Source: a virus
Lineage: Duplodnaviria > Caudoviricetes
IMG/VR virus record: IMGVR_UViG_3300002835_000097
Span: 24,058-88,057 of that record
Reading direction: 5' to 3' (one strand)
Length of the DNA stretch: 64,000 nt
Every line of letters begins with the position of its first letter. Positions within the stretch are counted from its first letter, which is position 1. The position numbers were made by a program, and so were the translations under genes. Below the pieces are notes generated by a model. That model was not told the DNA's origin and made no database searches. It saw only the letters and a list, made by a program, of their open reading frames with translations. Below, piece by piece: positions 17,437 to 29,400 of the stretch.

Positions 17437-20400
17437 ATGGCAACTTTTAATCTAACAGCACAGTTGAATCTTAAAGGTCCAACAAACGTTAAGCAAATAG
17501 CTGCTCAAATTAAAAAAGATCTTGGCGCTCTTAATGCAAATGTACAATTTAAACTTGATCCGGCAGCATCAAAAAATGTTGCAGCATTATCGTCTTCTTT
17601 AAAAGTTTTGAATGCTAATTTTGCCTCAACTGTCAAATCAGCCAATGCTGCCACATCAGCAATAAAGGCTTTTGGTAATAGCGTAAATTCTGTTAAAATT
17701 AACAATGTCCCTCAACAAATTAATCAAACTTCATCAGCAATTGCTAAATTAAATAAAGTATCCTCATCAACATCTGGAGGATTGCAAAATGCCGCAACAG
17801 AGATGCAGGAATTCGGCAAGCAAGCTGGTTTAGCAGTTAGAAGATTCGTTGCATTTAGTGCTGTTACAAGTGTTATATATGGAGTAACAAATAGTATAAA
17901 TAATGGTATACAGGCTTTTATTGATTATGATAAAGAGCTTGTAAAATTACAACAGGTTACTGGAGAATCTGCTGCCGGATTATCCAAACTACAATCTCAA
18001 ATTAGTAATTTAGCTGTAGAATTTGGTGTTAGTTCTAAAGAGCTAACTCAAGTAGCATCAACATTAGCTCAGGCTGGTTTAAGTGCCAGAGAAACTGAGA
18101 AAGCTTTAAAAGCCTTAGCACTTAGTAGTTTAGCTCCGTCATTTGATAATATGAATGAGACTGTGGAAGGTAGTATTGCTATAATGAGACAGTTTGGTAT
18201 TAGTGCTGCTGATTTGGAGGCATCATTAGGTGCGGTTAATACCGTGGCAGCAAGGTTCGCAGTAGAATCTAGTGACATCATTACCGCCGTGCAAAGAACA
18301 GGTAGCGTATTCGCTACTGCGAGTAAAGGGGTAAGCGAAGGAAAAGACGCTTTAAATGAATTTATTTCGGTATTTACCAGTGTTAGAGCAACTACCCGTG
18401 AAAGCGCTGAAACTATTGCTACTGGATTACGAACAATATTTACTCGTATCCAAAGAGGAACAACGATAGACGCCCTAAAAGAGTTTGGTGTTAACTTAAC
18501 AGATGCTGAGGGTAAGTTCGTTGGAGCGTATAAGGCTGTCGAATTGTTAAGTAAAGGATTAGGTAAAATAGACCCTAGAAGTTTGGACTTTTCAAGAATA
18601 GTTGAAGAACTTGGTGGATTTAGACAAATTGGTAAAGTTATTCCATTAATTCAACAATTTAGTGTGGCTCAACAGGCGTTAAAAGTTGCTCAACAAGGAC
18701 AAGGTTCGCTAGCTAAAGATGCAGCAACAGCACAATTAAGTTTAGCTAATCAAATAAGTAAAGTTCGTGAAGAATTTTTCTCACTATTTCGTGAAATAGG
18801 TCAATCCAAAGGATTTCAAAGTTTAATCAGAGGAGCGTTGTCTCTAACTAGTGGTTTGATAAAAGTAGCAGATGCTGTTAAAGGAATTCTACCAGCATTA
18901 GCAGTACTTGCAGCATTTAAGGGATTTAAAGCATTAACAGAATTTACTACAGGATTTGCCACAGGAGTTAAAAGAGGACCAGATGGTAAAGCTAATGGCG
19001 GAGTTATAAGAAAATTCGCACGAGGTGGTGTTGTTCCTGGTACTGGTAGTGGAGATACTGTACCAGCAATGTTAGAGCCAGGAGAATTTGTTATACGTAA
19101 AAAAGCTGTTGAAACTATTGGTACTGATAGTCTTCATAGTATGAATAAGTATGGAAGTGGTGGAAGTATACGAGCAGGAAAATCAAATAGAAGAAAAAGA
19201 TTTGGGGGTGGAGGTAAACTATATGACGATATTGATGTTCAAGAATATTCTAAGTCTAACAAGCAGTATGCTGGTAGGCTCAAAGCTTATGATGCAGATA
19301 GTATAAATTTATTGGTTGATCCAACACAAACACTAGTTAATAAACGTTTTAAAAAACTAACTGGCGATTTAATTTATCCTAGTGAAAAAGGTAAATTTAA
19401 AGTCACATCCAGACTTGAAGGAATAGATGCTTTTGAAATTAAAGCATCAAAAAAAGAAAGAGAAGAGTATGCTAGTCAAGGAGGAAAAGGTCCGGCATAT
19501 GCTAGTAATAGAGAGAAAGGCAAAAGAGCCAAAGATATAACTATAGATTTTATAAGTGGACTTGGTAAAGAAAAATTAGCTAAAATTTTTATCGACGCTA
19601 ATAAAGTAGATTACTATGGCAGACCAATGGCGGAAATTGGTGCTCTTAATAAAAAATTAGTAGGAGAGAATGTTGCAAAATATAGTGGAACTAAAAAAGG
19701 TCAAGACATTATTCAAGCAGATAAACTAGCAAATAGACTAGAGATAATGAAGAAAAATTCAGGATTCGGCAATACTAATAAGTCATCATGGGATAGGGTT
19801 ATTAAAGATGATTATATGTTTAACTATATGCCAGCAGGATCTAAGGATAGGTTTAACAGTTCAGGGAATATAATACAAGACGACTCCCGGCCATTAAAAA
19901 CTATCTCTGATATTGGTTTTATTAAGAAAATGACAGAGACTAAAGGATTGGCTAAGTTCATGGTTGGAGGAAAAGTAGAAAGAAAAATTGGAGTAGTTGA
20001 TACGGACGTACTAAGAGATGAGGCTAATGCGGCGATAGTTAGGCCAGCAATGGAAAAGCTTGGAATAACTGATGTTAGTGACTATACAACAAAACTTGGA
20101 GAATTGGCAGGCAATGCTAGAAAAAGTGGATCGCTATCTAGGTTTAGAGCTATTGCTGGAGCTGCTGGAAGTGGAAAAAGCAGTTTAGCAACCGGAAAGG
20201 GAGCTAATGATGATGCTACTTTAAGAAAAACAATTCGCTCTCAAATATTAACGCCTGAAGATATAGACAAAGTTAATGAAGTTATAGTATTAACATCGAC
20301 AGCTAGTCAGACTAAATTAGATGCTTATTTAAAAGATGTTGATAGAGCATATGTATTAAGCTCTAATAGCAGAGAGGAACAAGATAGAGTTAGGTCAAAT

Positions 20401-23400
20401 AGAGAGAGCAGAGACATTACAGGAGAAGGATTGTATGGTCGTAAACCAGGAACCACAAGAGCAGCTGATATTGATTTTGGTCTGGAAGAAACCATATTAC
20501 GAGATGAACTTGGCAAAAGAGCCACAGTATTAGGAAGAAAAAAAGATAGTTTCGGTTTAAGACGTAAAAGAGAAAGCGAACTACCAGAAATAGTTCAGGC
20601 TGGTGGATTTTATATGGGTGGTTTTGCCCCACCAACAAGAGGCCATAGAGGAGCTTTAGATACTTTATTAGAAAACATGTTAGCAAAGAACCCAAACTCT
20701 TCTTTAGAAGATATTCTTGTTAGTGTTGCTCCTGACCTTCCAATGATTGTTGATAAAGAAGGCATAGACCACGCTGCACGATATGGTATTTTCCCATCAG
20801 ACATAAGAACCTTATTTAGCCAAATGAATTTTGGAAATGCTATGATTAGCACTCAAAGCCAGACGGGTGGTGGTTTACCAAAATTTATGGAAGTTACTGA
20901 TGCTGGAGATAGAAGAAAATTCGCCAGATTAAAAGGAGCCATGGCAATAACTTCTGGTAAAGACGATAAAACATTGGGCAAATACCAAAGAGCAGGAATA
21001 GACGTTACAGATATTCCTAGAATAGAAGATATTAGTGCTACTGCAGTTAGAGACGCATTATTTAATGGTGACGATAAAACACTTACTAGTTTAATGAATC
21101 CTGATATAGCATCAATATTAATGGGCAATAGAGCACAATTACGTAATCGTAGCACTATGGTTCCTATGCTCATCGAAGAAATACAAAAGTTTGTTGATCA
21201 AGATAAAGTACGATCCAATGCTGAGGTTACAGAAATATTATCAAATGCTCCTGGTGGTCCATATGGTAATGTTAGTGCTGATCTAAAGAAAAATTATCCA
21301 GAAATAGCTGAGCAAGTTAAGCAGATAAGAGACAAAAGAGATAGAGTATCTAAAGGAGCATTCGGCTATAGAGCATTTAATATAATAAGCGCCCTATCTG
21401 CCAAATATCCAGAAACTTATGGGTTAGACCCATCAAGAAAATCCGCCGTATCTGCGCAACCATCAGACATAACCAGAGAGGCCATAGCAGCACAAATTTC
21501 AGAACAGATGGCTGGTGAGTTTGGTGGAGTTCCAACAGCTATGCCTTCTGGACTAGAAGAGGCAATACTAAAAAATGTAGAAAAAGCCACCCAGGTCAAA
21601 AAGTCTTCTGGAATATTACCAACACAAGGATCAGAGATTCTAAAAAGATTTGGAACTCAAAGATTACCAAATGATCCAAGTTTTGGCCCATTCTCAGGAA
21701 AAACAGTAAGAGATACAGCCGAAGGAGGAAAATTAAAATACTGGAATTCTGCTTTTAGACCAGAAACAAAAGAAGATAAGCTCGCTTACTATATTGCAAC
21801 AAGAGACTATCTAATAGACAAATTTAATGAATCACAAGGAATTCAAAAGGCTACAGCTCTAGAAGATACAACTAATGCTGTGTTATCTTCCAAACAATTA
21901 GGATTAGTTGGATTAAATCCGCTAGGATATACTGGATTATTGGGTCCAGAGACTTGGAATCTTGGAGTCGATCCGTCTGGCCAAGAAAGATCAATAGACG
22001 CTTCAATAGTACAAAGAGGACTACCAACAGAATTCCAAAACGTTATTGATTATCTTAGTGGACAAACAGCAGAAATAGTACAAGGAGCATCAAAGCTTCT
22101 TGGTATTACTCCTAAAGAATTAACTAAAAAACAAAGAGAAACATTAGGACAAGGAAATATTGAGGGTGCTTTACTAGAACAAATTTTTGGATCAGCAGAT
22201 GCCACAATATTAGACGATGCATTAAGAACAAGACCAATTGACTTTCCAATGGGTATCGGACCTAAAGCAGCAAAAATATTTGGTATCGATCCTGATATTC
22301 CAACAGAAGTTAAAAGAACAATAGATAGTAATAGTAGAGGTAAAGCTGTTGAAGAATTTCAAAAATATTTTAGACAACAATACGGCATTCCTGATCCAGA
22401 AAAAGTAACAGCTTTTGCTGACGGCGGAGAAGTATATACTCCACAACAACTAGTCTCATTAGCCAAATACAGAACAGGACCATTTCCTGGTGGTGGAACT
22501 GATAGCGAATTTATAAATAGATATTTAGAAGATAATGATTCTTTCATGGAATATCTTAAAACTTTCCATGCTGATCCTCCAAAGGCGTATGATGCCACAA
22601 AGAATGCTGCAAAAGATTTATTGGAAATGTTTACTAGCCAAGAATCAATGAGTGGCTCAAAGCGTTCTGGTAAATTATATTCCACTGTTGCTGGTGGTAA
22701 ATTAAAAACCATTTTAACTCAAATTAATAATCCTTTAAACTCTAATAAAGATATTTCTGATGCTATTGGTAAAAACTTTAATTTAAATGGCTCATTATTA
22801 TCAACTAGTGAATCCCCGGATACAGCTAGTGTATTTCAGCCAGAAAATGGTTCTAGTGCAATGTTGAGTATCATTAGAAATAAAAATATTCCATCTATTG
22901 ATGTTGATAAGGCAATATTTGATACCTCCACAGAAGAAGATATTATAAAAGCATTATCAAAATATATAGACCCTGTCTCTGGAAAAAGCGGAGCAGATTT
23001 TCTAAGCAGAAGTCGATCAGCAACACGAATAGAAAAAGAATTCATTCTCCCACAAACTTCAAAATTTAGAATAGATGATATTGATAGAATATTTAGTAAA
23101 GATCAAGAAGATAAATTATTAGGTGGAAATATTCGTCATATAGAAGGAATGAAAGTTCAGCAGTTTAAAGATGGAGGAATGGCATTTGGTAAAGAAAATG
23201 AATTTGAAAAAATAAGACAAAAAATATTAAATCAATATCCAGATATTAATTTTAGAATTTCCAGACGAAAGAATGGTTTTGGATACAATATATTAGGCGG
23301 ACTAAAACAAGAAAGTAGTAACATTGGTAATTATGCAGAATTTAAGCAAGCTGGTAATCTTTCTAAAATACAAGAAGTTGCCGATAATATGGCATCCTCT

Positions 23401-26400
23401 CTGCTATATGAATATGGTCCAAATATAGATCCGTCTCTTCTAAAGAAGATGCAGAATAAAAGAAAATTTGCAAATGGTGGGTCTGCGCAGGATACTGTAC
23501 CAGCATTATTAACTCCTGGTGAATTTGTTGTTAATAAAAAAGCAGCAGAAAAAATAGGATATGGCAAGTTAGAAAAATTAAATAAAGCAGATAAAATACA
23601 AGGATACAATAAAGGAGGAATTGTAGGAGGAGTACAAAGATTTGCTTTAGGTGGAGGTGTAGATGGCTTTCTTTCTGGATTACAAAGCATAGCAAGTAAT
23701 TTAGGAAGAACACAAAATATTACTAATAATCGCCCAAATTCAATAGATACTAGTACAATAGCTGTAGACCCATCTATTCTGCAAGATACAAAAGCATTTG
23801 TGGACACTCTTTATGATGCCGGAGACGGCATGAAGTATTTAAATCGTTTATTAAATGAAAATAAACAATTATCTATACAAGCAGTATTAGAAGCTGGTAA
23901 TAAAGATCTAGAAAGATTAAAAATTAGTGGAGCATCTATTGATAAAATTATAGAAGCTGAAAAGGCATTGTCTAATATTAGAAATAAAGGACTTATTGAT
24001 GTTACTAATCGTCAATTTTTAGAGTCTGGATTTAAAGAAAGTTCAGTTGGTAAAAAATTAGGATCAGGAGCTACGCAACAAAAAATATTATCTTTAGCAG
24101 AAAAAGAAGAGCGACGATTAATAGATAAAAGAAAAAAGGCTATAGAAGCTGATATAGTATCATCATCCAAACAACCAATATCTCCATCAGACTTAGCTGA
24201 TCAGGTCGCCCAAGCTATATCTTCTGAATTAAATGATATTAAAACGCAAGCATTTTCTAGAGCTACAGCAGCGGCTACAGGAACAAAAACTTCTACTGGC
24301 ATAAAAGGGAATATAACAGAAAGTGAATTAAAAAATCTAAATATAACTGGAAATGATATTCAAAAATATATTTCTGATTCTATGAGAGATAGAAAAACTC
24401 TCAGACAAATGGATCAGCAGTTAATAGCTATGAGAATGGAAGAGTATAAGAATGCTGGAACTGTTAGAGGTATTAGCGTTGCTTCTGCAGAGGAAGCTAA
24501 AAAATTAGCACAGGAAGAAGTTAGCAAACGAAGAGAAGCTATAAATGATCTGGCAAAAATGAGAGGAGAACGAGGTGTTGGAGCTGCTGGATTAATGGAT
24601 ACTAGAAATAGTCCTATTAATCGAGCATTTAGAGAAAGATACTTTACTGGAGATCTAGGAAAAAGTATGCAGAGAGGATTGGGCGACATTGGATTAGCGG
24701 CAGGATTAGTTGCTGGACAAGGAGACAACATAGCATCAGCATTATTTGATACTAAAACCGATAAAGGCAAAATACAAGCGGCAGATACAGGCGCAAGAAT
24801 CGATAAAGCAGCAACAACACTGTCTGTTGGTCTAACAACATCAGCACAATTAGCTGCTATAAATCCTATGTTAGGAGCTGCTGCTGCTATAGGCACAGCA
24901 CTGTATGCTGGCGCTGATGCTGTATATGATTTCTCAGGCACTGCCAAAAAAGCAGCTCAAGAAATGGCAAGAGCTTTATTAAATGATAAATTATCTGCTG
25001 CTAGTGATAATCTATCAAATGCTTTGGAAAAATTAAGCAGAGATGCTAATAACGTTGAACTTAGAGCAAAAACAGCATCAACCATTAAAAGCTTAACAGA
25101 TACTGCCCTGGAAAGCACAGCAGATACAGGAATAACAGGAAAGAATAAAGCAGAGACGGAGCGTAATTGGTCAGATTTTGGCAGAGGAATATTGTTGGCC
25201 ATTGGAGAAATTGGAGTTGGTATGAATCCATTCTACCAAGACATGGACCCTGTAACGCTTGCAAAATCCAAACAAGGCTCTTATGGCATGGAAGAAGCAA
25301 GAGTTGATGCTCAAAAAGAAGCAGAAAATTTTCAAAAAATAGCTAATGCTGGATATACCGATCTAGAAAGGCTATATGCAAAAGGATTCACTAATGATCA
25401 AATTATGGATCCTACTAATGAAGCTGGAAATATAGTTAGAGAATCTATAAAAGGCATGATTCTAGCTGATTCTGAAAAACGAGCTTTATATATGGCTGCC
25501 GGACCACAAGGTAAAGAAGCTATTGCTGGTACAGCAGCGCAACAAGCATTTTTAGCTAATGATGAATTAGCAAAAGCTTCTCAAGAAGCTGCAAAATTAG
25601 CAAGAGCTATGGAAATTGCTGATAAAGCAGGACGAAGATTAGCAGCAAGTTTTGATAAAATAGCAGATATAGTAAATGAATCTGTTAATAGAATATCATT
25701 TGAGTCTGATGCTAGAGTAGAAGCGGCAAACCAATATGCATCATCATTACGTGGAGAGTCCAGAGGTTCTGGTCCAAAACTAAGAGAAAGAAATATTTTA
25801 GAAAATCCCAATGCATATTCTGAAGCAGAATTTACTGCAGCACTACAAAGTGCCACAGCAGGATTAAGTGACGGACTTAGAAAACAACTGATTGGCGGTG
25901 CTCAATTACAACAAAACATACCAAAAAATATAACAAAAAGCATAGCAACTGTTTTAGACAAGAGCGCCGGCTCAGGAGTAGATGAACTTAAAAAAGCAGC
26001 AGTTGATACTGCTAAAAATGAAATAGAAAATAATGCTAATTTATCTAGACAACAAAAAGATGAATTAAAACAAATAGCTACGGCCAGGATAGAAACTATA
26101 GCTAAAAAAGCTAAAGATAACAATGCCGATAATACTACGCAAGTATCAGAATTTAGAAAAGAACTAGAAGAAGGTACTAGTGTTTTAGGTGATTTTGGTA
26201 AAAAATTATTAGATTCTATAAAAGGTCTATCATCATTCAAAGAAGGAGCATTAGATAAATTTGCTAAGGGCTTGAATGAAGCTAGCAAAGCAGCTAAAGA
26301 ATCTCAAAACTATTTTAGAAGATCAAGAGAAATCTCTAACGAAGGCAATATGAACCTAAGAGAAGTCTTGAGTGGATACGGTGAAACATATGATGAACAA

Positions 26401-29400
26401 TTTAATAGAATTATGGGTGATGTTGGTGGTTTAGCAGGAGGTGAAACAACTGTTCAGGGAATTAAAAATAGACAAATAATGCTTGCTGAGCAAAGAGATA
26501 CTCTACAGAATCAACAAAATACCCTTACAGATAAAGACGCTTTGCGTAACAATGTTGAACAGCTTAATAAATTAGATGATCAATTAAGAGATAATAGAGA
26601 AGCATTAGATATGCTTGCTAATAGTACAGAATTAGTAGATAAAGCTTTCAACAACTTGCAAAATACTGCAGAATTACAGAATAATCGACAAAATTTTGTT
26701 AATCAATTATTAACTAATACGCCAGAAGAAGCAGATAAACTTAATCAAAGTTTTATTAGATTACAACGAAATCTTTCTGGAGGACTCAATAGTGCATATA
26801 ATCAAAGAGACGCTAGAAAAGCATTTAATGAAACATTATTTAAGACCGGAAATGTAAGAGAAGCAACTCGCGCCGGAAATACTGTTCTTGCTAATCAAAG
26901 AAAAGAAACACTATCATTGATGCAGGATCCCGGATTCAGAGCTGCTCAAGAATTACAGATAAGAAATCAATATGCTCAGAACCGAGGAAGACCAGGAGTA
27001 GATGCTGATCAAGCAGTAGCAGAATATTTTCAAAAACAGCAATTACAAGTAACCAAACAAATGGCGATAGAAAGTGGAATGATAAATAATCCACTTGTTC
27101 AACAGTCATTGGCTGTCCTAGAGGATCGCAAAGCAGATCCTGCTATGCAACAGGCTGCTGAAAGATATTTAGAAGCTGTTGGATTAAGAGCCGATGCTAC
27201 AAAAGCACAAGGAGAACTGGCTTTATTAGAATCACAATCCATACTAAAAAATTCTAATGATAATTTACGTATTAGTATTGATGATTTAAGAGCAAGCATC
27301 GAAGGAAATCTGAATAATGCTAATATAGGTATGGACGCTGCTGGTAACAGAATAGTTAATCCTGGGGTGGCTGTTCCTGCTCCTGCTGCGGCCAGATCAT
27401 CTGGAGGATTAATATATGCTAGTAGTGGAAAGCTTATTGATTTTAAGCCTAAAGGTACCGACACTGTTCCTGCCATGTTAAGTCCTGGCGAATTTGTTAT
27501 CAATTCTAAGTCTACACAAAAACATTTACCATTATTGAAAGCTATTAATAGTGGAAATTATAGTAAGGGTGGAGTGGTTTATTTACAAAAGGGTGGTAAA
27601 GCAGGAACTAATATTGACGAAGATATAGATCTAAATAAAGATGGAACAATTACAGATGAAGAACGACAGATTTATCAACGTCGAAAAGAATTATATCTAA
27701 CAAGATCATTTGGACAAATGGATTATAGACAAGCATATTTTACTAGACCATTCGGATATAGTAAAGGAGGGCCAGTAAATTATTTAGCCAATGGTGGCGA
27801 AGTACAAAAAAGAAAAGAAGAAAGAATAGATGCTCAAAAAGAATCATGGATGATGTCAGAAGCAGCCGGAAGAAGACCTGATGAGGTAGTTTCTAGAACA
27901 TCATCTAGTTGGGCAGAATCTCAGGTAGGTAGTAATAAATGGCAAAGTATGACAGAAGAACAAAGACAATCAGAAACTAAAAAATATGAACCAGAATTTC
28001 AAAACAGATGGGATAATTATAATAATAGACAGAATGACGCACAACTCAGAAGTGCTAACGATGCAGGATATGGCAGTATAAAGGAGGATCCTAACTCTGG
28101 TATTGTTGGGGTTAATTTTTATAATGAAGAAAAGAAAAGAGCTAAAGAAAGATTTGAAAAAGCTAGTGCGGCTGAAGCTGAAACGGAAGCATCAAATAAT
28201 CAAATGACTCAAAGCTCTATGGAGCAACCAGCTCCAGTAGCAGTTCCTCTACCCGATATGACAAAAATACCTTGGGGCAGAGGAGCGGCAATAAAGATTG
28301 GACCAACACAAGAAACTATCAATGAGAGAAAAAAAATTAAATCTGAAGAGTCACGAAGACGATCATTATGGCTTAAAGGAAGCAAAGGAATAAGCTCAGA
28401 AGAAGAAACAGAATATGCAACTTTAAAATCTAATCAAATAAAAAGAGAGGTAGGCCCGTATACTGTAGAAAAAGATCGTAATATTTCTTCTTTAGTAAAT
28501 AGTGCCTATCGTAAAGGTGCTCAGTCTAATGAGATAACATCAGAAGAAAGATCAGCCCTAAAAGAGTTAGGCTCTGATCCTAGAAATAGAGGAAGTTTAC
28601 GAGCCCTATCATTTAGTGCTGCGTTGCCTCCAATAACTAGTAACGGAGGAAAACCCGACCCTATTGATCCAGCAACTGTCGCTAGAATAAATCAGAGTGC
28701 AAGACCTGACATAGCCGATCCTGCAGTCTCTTCAGGTGTTCAAACAGGAAATCCTTCAGAAGGAATGGTTAATCGTACAGCTAATAATAGAGCTTATGAG
28801 GCTAATCAGGCTAAAAAGAGAAAAATGGCTGGATTAGCATTAGGATTGTCAACAGAGGCTGATCAAGAAACAGCAGACCTTTTGGAACAAATACTTTTTG
28901 GTGGACCTATAGAGAGACCTATAGAGAATAATCCAGCAAGAGAAAAAAGACAAGCAGCTTTAACTACAAATATTATAAACCAAGCCTTAAATAAAAAAAC
29001 ACCAGATTATTCCATAGCCACCCCAACATCTGGTGATCAAACCACTAAAACTGAACGACTAACCAAAGAATTTATTGGATCTTCAGCAAGCAGACGAGCA
29101 TTTAATGCAGTTGCTAATAATGGCGGAACATTAGCAGAAGCCAATGCAGCAGCTAAAAATGCCATACAATCACAGGCTGAAAGATCAAAAAGCATAGTGG
29201 AAAAAAGAAAAGACGAAGGTAAAAAAGTAATAGACTATTATGAACAAAGACTAAATGAAGCCAGAGCAGACAACGACGGAGATGGACGACCAGACTTTTC
29301 AAACGAAGAAATAGACAAGAGAAAAAGAGAAAGAGATAGCGCAAGAGTTAATTTTTCTGGTAACATGAATCCTATTGGTCGTCAGCCAGAATCATATTAC

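Noticed and set aside
19000-23660. Inteins or homing endonucleases explaining the TMP insertions
   Set aside because: No Cys/Ser-start Hint block, no HN-(C/S/T) splice junction and no LAGLIDADG or HNH motif recognised at the insertion boundaries.
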